A DNA stretch of 60,064 nucleotides from positions 1 through 60,064 of the forward strand of contig JBAYBT010000001.1 in the NCBI GenBank assembly GCA_041669165.1, read 5' to 3'. Position 1 is the first letter of the stretch. Every line of letters starts with the position of its first letter. Source of the DNA: Parabacteroides sp. Lineage in GTDB: Bacteria > Bacteroidota > Bacteroidia > Bacteroidales > Tannerellaceae. Below are positions 1-8,440 of the stretch, piece by piece. The position numbers and the translations under genes are program-made. A model generated the notes under the pieces. It worked only from the letters and a program-made list of their open reading frames with translations. It did not search any database and had not been told where the DNA came from.

Positions 1-562
1 CCATATTGTGATTGTGATATCCAAATGGAAATCCGTGTTCTTTAACAATTTTACCTGCTTCATTAAATACTTCGCAAACGAACTTTGTTTCTTCTTCACT
101 GCGTGTGCTCGGTAAACCAGGTTGTACAAGATATTTTACACCTAATTTGGCGTGATCTTCAGCCGTTTTCTTCCAATAATCCTTAATTTGTTCAAAGTTA
201 CTCTGTGTATATTCGCGAACCGGAGGATTAACATGTGAACTGGTGATAATCAATCCGGCATCATTAGCCATCTTCTTGAATTCCATCATATCCACAGAAC
301 CAATTTTACCATTATTGTAACCAGCAAGTTCCAAAGTTGTATAACCCATTGCTTTCAGCTTTTTTAAGCCGCCAGGGACATCATCAAACAGTTCCTTTCC
401 CAATGAATAAGTTTGTAAACCAATAACTTTCTTAGCACCGACAGTTTTCTTAACAACGTTTGCTTCTGTTGTTGCAGCTTCTGCATTTCCTACTTTACCA
501 GCCATCAATCCACCTATTGTGAATATTGATGCACCTTTTAAAAAATTTCTCCTGTTTATCAT
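1..562 (-). CDS. Tat-exported sugar phosphate isomerase/epimerase (xylose isomerase-like TIM barrel), 3' end beyond window edge
   Basis: Manual translation from ATG at 562: MINRRNFLKGASIFTIGGLMAGKVGNAEAA...IGLQTYSL...GYTTLELAGY...ITSSHV...FGYHNH. Twin-arginine signal and AP_endonuc_2-type motifs. Not in the ORF track because there is no stop in the window. Confidence 0.85.
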   Translation of the reverse strand, partial: MINRRNFLKGASIFTIGGLMAGKVGNAEAATTEANVVKKTVGAKKVIGLQTYSLGKELFDDVPGGLKKLKAMGYTTLELAGYNNGKIGSVDMMEFKKMANDAGLIITSSHVNPPVREYTQSNFEQIKDYWKKTAEDHAKLGVKYLVQPGLPSTRSEEETKFVCEVFNEAGKIVKEHGFPFGYHNHNM

Positions 563-600
563 AGCTTATTAAATTAAATAGATAATTATTTCCAATGTCA

Positions 601-608
601 CAAAGATA
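601..608 (-). promoter_or_regulatory. Bacteroidetes sigma-A -7 element (TATCTTTG) for the TIM-barrel gene
   Basis: caaagata on + reads TATCTTTG on -, matching the TAnnTTTG consensus, about 40 nt upstream of the ATG. Confidence 0.6.
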
Positions 609-663
609 GATTATATTTTGTTATTTGTCTTGTTTTTTATGACAAAATATGAGAAAAAGAAGA

Positions 664-690
664 CTTATTCCTTAGATTGCAAGAAATAAG
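664..690 (-). terminator. Intrinsic terminator of the SGNH-SGNH-MBOAT operon
   Basis: On -: CTTATTTCTT-gcaatct-AAGGAATAAG (10-bp stem, one G-U) followed by TCTTCTTTTT, just after the MBOAT stop. Confidence 0.6.
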
Positions 691-706
691 AAAGAAATGA
701 TATCTA

Positions 707-2254
707 TCAGAATTGAAAATAAATAAAAGGTTGTACGCCGGCGCTCTTGAATTGAGCTACAATCCATATTGAAAGAGCCAGCATGAGCGCTTGAATTAGC
801 AATGGCGAACGGGTAACCAGATTTTGCATTGTGTTAACTGCCGTTTTCGGCATAAAATGCAGTAAATATCCCAGAACCATTAAGATGCATACAGTTTTAT
901 AACCTGTCACGAACTGAATGAAAATTTCAGGATGGAAATTTGTAAATATTTGCGAAAGTATATCTCCGACGGTATGCATTGAAGTCGCACGGAACAGTAT
1001 CCAACCAAAACATACAATATGGAATGTAAAAATAACTCCAATAATTCGTCTCCATGGACTCATTTCTGTTCCGACTTGTTTAAAACTGCTGAAATGGCTC
1101 ATCATAAACTTATGTACAACCAAGGATACACCATGTAATCCTCCCCAAAGAATAAAACGAACCGAAGCTCCGTGCCATAGCCCTCCAATCACCATGGTGA
1201 GAAGCAAATTTATGTACATTCTGATTTTGCCCTTTCTGTTACCTCCCATTGAGATATACAAATAATCCTTTAGCCAGGTAGAAAGAGAGATATGCCAACG
1301 ACGCCAAAACTCGGTAATAGTAGCTGACTGGTAAGGTGAGTCAAAGTTAATATTAAACCGGAAACCAAGCCATAAGGCTAGCCCTATGGCCATATCCGAA
1401 TAACCCGAAAAATCACAGTATATTTGTAACGTATAACCATATACTCCTATCAGATTCTCAAGTCCTGTATAAAGAAGCGGTGCATCAAACACACGATCTA
1501 CAAAATTCATACTTATATAGTCCGAAACAACAGCTTTCTTGAATAATCCACAGAGTATTAAAAATAGCCCTTCTCCAAATTGAGACTTTGTTACAACCGG
1601 ATCTTTATATATCTGAGGAACAAAATCACGTGCACGTACAATAGGACCTGCTACCAATTGCGGGAAGAATGAGACATAAAACAGATAATCTATCCAGCGA
1701 CGGATAGGTTTAATTTGTCCTCTATAGACATCTATTACATAACTGATTGTTTGAAATGTAAAAAAAGAAATACCTACAGGCAAAAATATATCCAAATGCT
1801 GATATGTCAGATGTTGCAACCATGCATTTCCCGTCAGATAGCCTATTTCGTGTCCTAATGATGCCACTATATCTCTCAGGAAGTTGAAGTATTTGAAATA
1901 TCCCAGTAATCCAAGATCTATGCATAATGACAATACGATCATCCATTTTTGCTTCGTCTTTGATTTCAATTGAGACATAGCAAGCGCAATTAAAAAATCA
2001 GAAGTAGCTACAAATACTAGCAAAATGAAAAACAATCCACTACTCTTATAATAAAAATAGAGGGAAAAAAGAGTCACATAAATAATCCGTGTCAGTAGAT
2101 GGCGCTTAAGCGACATATAAACAATTAGGAAACCTACAAATAAAAAAAAGAACAAGCCGCTGCTAAAAAGCATGGGTTCATCAGAATGATATAGGAATAG
2201 ATTCCCGAATTTTTCAAATGACAAATTATTAAAAAATGATTCTATTCCTAACAT
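707..2254 (-). CDS. MBOAT family O-acyltransferase (AlgI/PatA/DltB-like)
   Basis: Polytopic membrane protein with LPVGISFFTFQ, FFPQLVAGPIVR, DFSGYSDMAIG, FWRRWHISLS and GLWHGA (catalytic His). Ends in an FIYFQF acyl-shuttle-type motif. Confidence 0.93.
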   Translation of the reverse strand: MLGIESFFNNLSFEKFGNLFLYHSDEPMLFSSGLFFFLFVGFLIVYMSLKRHLLTRIIYVTLFSLYFYYKSSGLFFILLVFVATSDFLIALAMSQLKSKTKQKWMIVLSLCIDLGLLGYFKYFNFLRDIVASLGHEIGYLTGNAWLQHLTYQHLDIFLPVGISFFTFQTISYVIDVYRGQIKPIRRWIDYLFYVSFFPQLVAGPIVRARDFVPQIYKDPVVTKSQFGEGLFLILCGLFKKAVVSDYISMNFVDRVFDAPLLYTGLENLIGVYGYTLQIYCDFSGYSDMAIGLALWLGFRFNINFDSPYQSATITEFWRRWHISLSTWLKDYLYISMGGNRKGKIRMYINLLLTMVIGGLWHGASVRFILWGGLHGVSLVVHKFMMSHFSSFKQVGTEMSPWRRIIGVIFTFHIVCFGWILFRATSMHTVGDILSQIFTNFHPEIFIQFVTGYKTVCILMVLGYLLHFMPKTAVNTMQNLVTRSPLLIQALMLALSIWIVAQFKSAGVQPFIYFQF

Positions 2255-2255
2255 A

Positions 2256-3641
2256 TCATATTCCTTTTGCGATTGATTTATTATAAGACTGCATTAAAGC
2301 ACGAAACAATAAAGTACCTTGTTCCTGATATCCATCATTTGTGAAATGCACCCGATCACGTGTCATTAGTTTTAATTGATACCAACGATTTGAAGATCCC
2401 TTGCCTCCCGTTGCCGAAAACAGATCCCAGCAAGCCACACCTTCTTTACGTGCCGTAGCTATGATGGTCTTTGCTGCTAATTCTGTATTAGTATTTCTAA
2501 CAAAAGCAACAGAGTAACGAGTTCTTTTTTTCTTTTTCTTTTTGGACCGTACTACAACACGAACACGTGTCCGTTTAAAACATTCCGGAGGTGTTGTCAG
2601 TATAATCGCTGCAGACGGCATCTGTTCTTTTATCAGGGATAAAAAAGTATGTATCTGTTCGGCAAACTGGTCACAATCGAAACGCTTTCCAAAAGTTTCA
2701 TTTGTTCCTAATGAGATAATTAGTAAAGCCGGCTTAAGAAGGGCTAGTTGCCGCACATAGTTTTCGTCAGTATAGTTGCAATAGTGAGCCCCATTAACAC
2801 CGATAGAATGCAGAAGAATGCCAGGTTTTCCGTTTGTCAGATTAAATCCATAATAAATATTTCTAAATAAAGATGGCGGCTGTACATTTTCATCAGGAAG
2901 ACAACGTTTCACTGTATGGAGACGCAATGCTTCAGACTCATTCGATATATAAAATGTATCAGTGGTAATGCCCAAAGAAGTTACTCCTGAGGTGACTTTT
3001 ATTGACACTCCCGAAGTATCAGGAAGCATAGCCATTGATTTGTTGTTTCTATAAAAAACAACTTTATTAAACGCATAATCAGTTTTACAACTTTCCCTTA
3101 GCCCTACATTCATATTAAAAGAGCGATCGTTGGTTTGGATGCCAATGCCGCCAAGGCCAATAGGACATTTTGGATTTGCTTGAATGCAACGCCCTCCTAT
3201 CCAAGAACGTGCATCTGAAGTAATAAAAAAATCTTCCGGAGCATTAGAATGGCTTAATCGAAACGGAGCGATCCATCCACGACCGGCATTTCCGAACTGT
3301 GCCTGCATCAGCTGCATAATTCTGCCCGAATAAGAGCCATTCTGTAAGTGTGAATCACCTAGATGCACAATCGAAATGACAGTATCTTTACCTTCTTGCA
3401 GAGAATCCAATGATTCAAAGAATTTGTTCAACGTCGATGCATACATGACAGAATCGTTTTCTGATCCTATTTCAGTATTCATTGATGGTAAGGGAATAGG
3501 TGCCGGTATTAGAGAATTTCTTACTGAACCTCCCAGCACATTGCGTGCGGCAACATGGCTACTCCTTGCCCATGCTGTTCCAATAGCTATCAATATTAAG
3601 CAAAATAATAAACTAATTGACCACTTCGTCTGCTTCATCAT
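2256..3641 (-). CDS. SGNH/GDSL hydrolase-family protein (Ape/PatB-like O-acetylesterase or O-acetyltransferase), exported
   Basis: Signal peptide; GDSH (block I), GVNG, LGTNE (block III), DRVH (block V). Abuts the MBOAT gene with a 1-nt gap. Confidence 0.8.
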   Translation of the reverse strand: MMKQTKWSISLLFCLILIAIGTAWARSSHVAARNVLGGSVRNSLIPAPIPLPSMNTEIGSENDSVMYASTLNKFFESLDSLQEGKDTVISIVHLGDSHLQNGSYSGRIMQLMQAQFGNAGRGWIAPFRLSHSNAPEDFFITSDARSWIGGRCIQANPKCPIGLGGIGIQTNDRSFNMNVGLRESCKTDYAFNKVVFYRNNKSMAMLPDTSGVSIKVTSGVTSLGITTDTFYISNESEALRLHTVKRCLPDENVQPPSLFRNIYYGFNLTNGKPGILLHSIGVNGAHYCNYTDENYVRQLALLKPALLIISLGTNETFGKRFDCDQFAEQIHTFLSLIKEQMPSAAIILTTPPECFKRTRVRVVVRSKKKKKKRTRYSVAFVRNTNTELAAKTIIATARKEGVACWDLFSATGGKGSSNRWYQLKLMTRDRVHFTNDGYQEQGTLLFRALMQSYNKSIAKGI

Positions 3642-5052
3642 AAAACTTTTTTTCTGATAATAGAGCTCTCAATAAAGCGTTGGCAATCTCGCGCCCGCCT
3701 CTAAAACTCATGTGTGTATAATCTTTACTTGCCCAATTACTCTGAACAAAACGGACCATGCTGTTTTCTCCACCCATAGCATCAAATACATTCCAGAAAG
3801 CTATTCCTGTTTCGCGGGCAATCTGTCGTTGAGTATTTAACAATGCCAACACTGCAGGCATTGTTTGAAATTTTCCTTCAATTTGATGACTTCGATCTGA
3901 AACACCAAGCATTAATATATCGGCTTCAGGAAAGCACGCTTTAATCTGACGTATAACATTAACCATTTTCTTTCCATACCATCCATAATGATACACGCTA
4001 TCGCTAACTACATTCAAACCATATTGCATAACTATTAAATCGTATGGGCGCACTTTATTCAATGCTCTGCAATGCGATATGTCCAGTCTTGCCATTACTA
4101 AACCCGAATTCCCCCGAAGAGAAAAATTATCGACGCTAACGCCCGCATTATCTTCCAATGCTACGCCAAGAGCTCGAAAGCCTTTTGCTTTATTAAATAC
4201 TAGGGAAGCTTCACGGAAAATTCCTTTTCTCTCATATTCGCTAACAGTTGAAACGGCAGGTAAAATTTCACGGAGTGTATCTTTTTGTCCGTTATATGAA
4301 AACAGTAATTCCGTTTCAATATTTTGTTCATAAAACAGTTTCAATGAATTTACAGATTGTAGTTCAGGAAAACGCTTTGTCATTTTGACATGAAGAAATG
4401 CTTTGTTTCCTTTTGCTTCAAACGTCATTCCAGATAATGTGAATGGATAAATGTGATTTGTCAGGATAGAGTATGTTGTCCAACCTTCAGCTCGAGCCTC
4501 GACTGTTGGACGAAACTGAGCCGTTATTGCCGTTATAGGAACAAAGCCTACGCCTCTACCTCCAAACTTCTTTTGCAGACCGTCGCGGAAATCAGACACT
4601 AGTATATCCCCTTCAATGAATGAATCACCCATAAAGGCCACATATACCGGACGACTTTGGCTTTTCGACAATGCTGTGAAGAATCGTTTCAAGGCTATAT
4701 GCCCAACAGAATAATCCTCAATGTGCGTACCAATAGAATCCGCATTATTAGAGTGCATTTGCTGATATAAAGAATCGCGCAACGCTAATGTTATCGAATC
4801 TATTCCTGTAGTTCTCATTATCGAATCACGCATGGCAGCCGTGTCAACAACAATGGATTCGGGATGTTCCAATTGCAAACGCAAAGAGTCTATTTCTGAT
4901 AAACCTGTCTTTATTCGCAAATCAGATAACATGTCTAATTTTTTTAGTTTGAAACCAAATAGAGTATCTGGCATGAAGTAAAGTCCTGTACAAATGACTA
5001 TTGTAGTCAGCAACAATATTAATACTCTACCAAATTTATTATCTTTTTTCAT
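3613..5052 (-). CDS. SGNH/GDSL hydrolase-family protein with N-terminal membrane anchor
   Basis: N-terminal TM helix; GDSF, RGNSG, YGLN, DYTH motifs. Overlaps the downstream SGNH gene. Confidence 0.8.
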   Translation of the reverse strand: MKKDNKFGRVLILLLTTIVICTGLYFMPDTLFGFKLKKLDMLSDLRIKTGLSEIDSLRLQLEHPESIVVDTAAMRDSIMRTTGIDSITLALRDSLYQQMHSNNADSIGTHIEDYSVGHIALKRFFTALSKSQSRPVYVAFMGDSFIEGDILVSDFRDGLQKKFGGRGVGFVPITAITAQFRPTVEARAEGWTTYSILTNHIYPFTLSGMTFEAKGNKAFLHVKMTKRFPELQSVNSLKLFYEQNIETELLFSYNGQKDTLREILPAVSTVSEYERKGIFREASLVFNKAKGFRALGVALEDNAGVSVDNFSLRGNSGLVMARLDISHCRALNKVRPYDLIVMQYGLNVVSDSVYHYGWYGKKMVNVIRQIKACFPEADILMLGVSDRSHQIEGKFQTMPAVLALLNTQRQIARETGIAFWNVFDAMGGENSMVRFVQSNWASKDYTHMSFRGGREIANALLRALLSEKKFYDEADEVVN

Positions 5053-5074
5053 TTATATTATGCTAATCGAGGCG

Positions 5075-5082
5075 CAAAGATA
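5075..5082 (-). promoter_or_regulatory. -7 element (TATCTTTG) for the SGNH-SGNH-MBOAT operon
   Basis: caaagata on +, 23 nt upstream of the ATG at 5052. Confidence 0.6.
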
Positions 5083-5142
5083 GTGATTATTCACAATTTA
5101 TTTTTTCTTCTTGCGTTTAGAATATATAAATCAATAAGAAAT

Positions 5143-5703
5143 ATGGAAGAATTGAGAGAAAAGAAATGGAACGTATTGGAAAGCAAGTATATATCAAATA
5201 AACCCTGGTTTACGGTCAGACGCGAAAAGGTTGAACTGCCAAATGGAAACATTATCCCCGAATACTACCTCTTTGAATATCCTAATTGGGTCAATGTCAT
5301 TGGGATAACCAAAGAATATAAATTTGTATTTGTTAGTCAGTACCGTCATGGATTAGGGCGTACGGCTTACGAATTGAGTGCTGGAGTATGCGAAAATACG
5401 GATGCCTCACCTCTTGAGTCTGCTAAACGGGAATTTCTGGAAGAAACCGGCTACGGTAAAGGCTTTTGGAAAGAGTTTATGATTCTTTCAGTTAATCCAA
5501 GTACGCATACTAACCTGACTTTCTGCTATTTGGCTACAGATGTGGAACTTCTTGCTCCACAACATCTAGATAGTACGGAAGATCTTTCTGTCCATTTGCT
5601 CACTTTAGATGAAGTAATAAAAATGCTCGAATGCGATCAGATCAAACAAGCTCTTCATGCTGCTCCTTTATGGAAATACGTAGCTGAAAATCATTTAATC
5701 TGA
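5143..5703 (+). CDS. NUDIX hydrolase (ADP-ribose pyrophosphatase-like)
   Basis: Nudix box AGVCENTDASPLESAKREFLEETG and SQYRH. ATG at 5143 preferred over GTG at 5083. Confidence 0.88.
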   Translation: MEELREKKWNVLESKYISNKPWFTVRREKVELPNGNIIPEYYLFEYPNWVNVIGITKEYKFVFVSQYRHGLGRTAYELSAGVCENTDASPLESAKREFLEETGYGKGFWKEFMILSVNPSTHTNLTFCYLATDVELLAPQHLDSTEDLSVHLLTLDEVIKMLECDQIKQALHAAPLWKYVAENHLI

Positions 5704-5792
5704 TACTTTCCGGTATCTTACCTTTCGGGGCTATTCTCAATGTTAATTCAGTTGTTATAACTCATTGTATTTTAGCCTAATATATGATATAA

Positions 5793-5837
5793 AAAAGTAT
5801 ATACTTTTAAAAACAAAAGTATATTGTTTTAAAAAAC
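5793..5837. repeat. Tandem 22-bp-period repeat whose first unit contains a perfect 16-bp palindrome
   Basis: AAAAGTATATACTTTTAAAAAC (5793-5814) followed by AAAAGTATATTGTTTTAAAAAAC (5815-5837). Confidence 0.6.
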
Positions 5838-5871
5838 AACTTCATTGGATTCAAAATAACAGATAAATAAC

Positions 5872-5879
5872 TACTTTTG
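5872..5879 (+). promoter_or_regulatory. -7 element (TACTTTTG) for the amidase
   Basis: TAnnTTTG match 22 nt before the ATG at 5902. Confidence 0.6.
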
Positions 5880-5901
5880 CAACGGTAAAAAAAGAGTTCT
5901 C

Positions 5902-7026
5902 ATGATTTTTAAGATTCAGACATTTTTAATATGTATAATATTTACACTATCTTTTAATGTTTTAAATGCGCAAGAGAAAGACACCCCTCGTAACGGTGAG
6001 GGTATTTCAACTTTTTTACAGCGGCATCATTTAGGGGGAAGAGCAAACGAAAAGAAATTTATTGAACTGAACAAGAATAAGTTGGGTAAAAATAATGAAC
6101 TTCTTTTAGGCATAAAATATACTCTTCCGTCAAAAACTGAAATTCCTGCAACCGATAAAGATGAATCTTCCAATGATGACAATAATTCAAAAATATTATT
6201 CGATAATAATAAAACGTCCAAAATAAAAGGGACATCAAAAAGAACAAGGTCTACACCGAATTACGAGCCGTTGTTTGGTAAAGACCTGGCCAATTATAAA
6301 GTTCTTTCGAATGAATTGAAGGGAGCGTGTTTTTATGTTGTAAGCGGACATGGCGGGCCTGACCCTGGTGCTATCGGCTGGATAGGTAGTAATGAAGTAC
6401 ATGAGGATGAATACGCATACGATATCATTCTCCGACTGGCGCGCAACTTACTGACTAAAGGAGCTAAAGTTCGTATTATCATTCAAGATAAAGAAGATGG
6501 AATTCGAAATGATCTTTATCTTTCAAACAACAAAAGTGAAACCTGCATGGGCGACGAGATTCCGTTGAATCAGGTTGAAAGACTTCAACAGCGTTGCGAT
6601 AAAATTAACAGCTATAATGCAATTGATAAGGAGAAATATAAACGGGCTATTTTTGTTCATGTCGATAGCAGAAGCAATGGAGATCAAGTTGATGTATTTT
6701 TCTATTATACAAACGGTAATGAAAAAAGTAATCGTTTGGCAAAAACGATGGAAGCTACTTTTTCTCAGAAATATGACAAACATCAACCGGGACGCGGATT
6801 CAATGGCACCATTGAAACGAGAGACCTATATGTTATGAAGCATATTACTCCTACTGCCGTTTTTGTTGAAGTCGGTAATATTCAGAACGATATTGATCAG
6901 CAACGGATCATTCTAAGCTATAATCGTCAAGCCCTTGCAAATTGGTTTTGTGAAGGCTTTACCAAAGATTATCAACACTACAAAGAAATGAAAACGAAAA
7001 CCTTAAAAAGAAAAAAAAAGAAATAA
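5902..7026 (+). CDS. N-acetylmuramoyl-L-alanine amidase (Amidase_3), exported
   Basis: Signal peptide; GHGGPDPGA, HEDEYA, FVHVD and FVEVGN zinc/catalytic motifs. The N-terminal region is possibly LysM-like. Confidence 0.88.
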   Translation: MIFKIQTFLICIIFTLSFNVLNAQEKDTPRNGEGISTFLQRHHLGGRANEKKFIELNKNKLGKNNELLLGIKYTLPSKTEIPATDKDESSNDDNNSKILFDNNKTSKIKGTSKRTRSTPNYEPLFGKDLANYKVLSNELKGACFYVVSGHGGPDPGAIGWIGSNEVHEDEYAYDIILRLARNLLTKGAKVRIIIQDKEDGIRNDLYLSNNKSETCMGDEIPLNQVERLQQRCDKINSYNAIDKEKYKRAIFVHVDSRSNGDQVDVFFYYTNGNEKSNRLAKTMEATFSQKYDKHQPGRGFNGTIETRDLYVMKHITPTAVFVEVGNIQNDIDQQRIILSYNRQALANWFCEGFTKDYQHYKEMKTKTLKRKKKK

Positions 7027-7166
7027 TGAAATAAATTTATACTGTTCCGATTTTACAAAGGTTATTTATATGCATGCATTATAGGATAAGATAGTAAAAA
7101 ACTATACCACAAGAGAAATTTCCATATAATTATTATCTAGAAATACTAGGTTTTCAAATAAATATA

Positions 7167-7174
7167 TATCTTTG
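7167..7174 (+). promoter_or_regulatory. -7 element (TATCTTTG) for anSME-tldD-pmbA
   Basis: TAnnTTTG match that overlaps the ORF-track TTG start, supporting ATG 7205 as the true start. Confidence 0.6.
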
Positions 7175-7204
7175 TATCGAATAAATAATCGTTTTAATCA
7201 TTTG

Positions 7205-8437
7205 ATGAGGAATCAGTTTATATCACCATTTGTAAAGCCTGTATATGTGATGTTGAAACCTGTTGGTTCGCTATGCAATTTAGCATGTGATTATTGTTAT
7301 TACTTAGAAAAAGGCAAACTGTATCCGGAAGTAAAGAATCACGTTATGAGCGAGGCATTACTTGAGAAATTCATTAAAGAGTATCTTGAGTGCCAGACGA
7401 TGCAACAGGTGTTGTTTACTTGGCATGGAGGGGAACCTTTGATGCGGCCGATAAGTTTCTTTAAAAAAGCCATAGAGCTGCAAAATAAATATGCTGAAGG
7501 GCGAGAGATTGATAATTGCATCCAGACAAACGGGACTTTACTCGATGATGATTGGTGTAAGTTTTTAAAAGATAACAACTTCCTCGTTGGTGTATCTATT
7601 GATGGCCCGCAAGAATTTCATGATACTTATAGACGTAACAAGCAAGGGTTGCCTTCGTTCTATAAAGTGGTGAAAAATATAAAACGAATGGAAAAGTTTG
7701 GGGTTGAATATAATGCAATGGCTGTTATAAATGATTATAATGTTGATCATCCGATAGAGTTCTATCATTTCTTCAAAGACATCAATTGTCGTTATATACA
7801 GTTCACGCCTATAGTTGAACGGCTGGCGTCTCATCCAGATGGGACTCATTTGACATCACCTGTAGAAGATGAAAAAGATATTAAACTTGCCCCTTTCTCC
7901 GTGAATGCCGATAAATGGGGCTATTTTTTATGTACTCTGTTTGATGAATGGCTCAAGGAAGATGTTGGTCAGTATTTTATACAAATATTTGATGCAACAT
8001 TGGCCAACTGGGTGGGCGAACAAGCCGGCATTTGCAGTTTGGCTCGTACATGTGGTCATGCGGGAGTAATGGAATTTAATGGAGATGTGTATGCGTGCGA
8101 CCATTTTGTATTTCCAGAATACAAAATGGGAAATATTTATCAGCAGACAATCACCGAGATTATGTATAGTGATAAACAGTTAAAATTTGGTGCCGACAAA
8201 CATGACAAGCTCCCCAGACAATGTAAAGAGTGCGAATTTCTTTTTGCTTGTAATGGAGAATGTCCAAAGAATCGCTTCTTGTATACAGCTGATGGCGAGC
8301 CGGGGTTGAATTATCTTTGCAGTGGTTACAAAATTTTTTTTGAGCACGCGGCACCTTATATGGATTTTATGAAAAAAGAATTATTGGCACAACGCCCTCC
8401 TGCTAATGTGATGGAATGGGTAAAAAACAACAGATAA
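7205..8437 (+). CDS. chuR: Anaerobic sulfatase-maturating radical SAM/SPASM enzyme (anSME, AslB/ChuR family)
   Basis: KPVGSLCNLACDYCYY (CxxxCxxC), WHGGEP, IQTNG, and a SPASM Cys cluster (CSLARTCG...YACDH...CKECEFLFACNGECPKNR...YLCSG). Confidence 0.9.
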   Translation: MRNQFISPFVKPVYVMLKPVGSLCNLACDYCYYLEKGKLYPEVKNHVMSEALLEKFIKEYLECQTMQQVLFTWHGGEPLMRPISFFKKAIELQNKYAEGREIDNCIQTNGTLLDDDWCKFLKDNNFLVGVSIDGPQEFHDTYRRNKQGLPSFYKVVKNIKRMEKFGVEYNAMAVINDYNVDHPIEFYHFFKDINCRYIQFTPIVERLASHPDGTHLTSPVEDEKDIKLAPFSVNADKWGYFLCTLFDEWLKEDVGQYFIQIFDATLANWVGEQAGICSLARTCGHAGVMEFNGDVYACDHFVFPEYKMGNIYQQTITEIMYSDKQLKFGADKHDKLPRQCKECEFLFACNGECPKNRFLYTADGEPGLNYLCSGYKIFFEHAAPYMDFMKKELLAQRPPANVMEWVKNNR

Positions 8438-8440
8438 ATT

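Noticed and set aside
2142-2149. T8 run early in the MBOAT coding strand, and A9 at the amidase end, as phase-variation tracts
   Set aside because: Short homopolymers are common at this AT content and both frames are intact.
7027-7204. Search for a RiPP precursor peptide beside anSME-tldD-pmbA
   Set aside because: No credible short ORF here or at 9998-10063, and the enzyme looks like a standard anSME.
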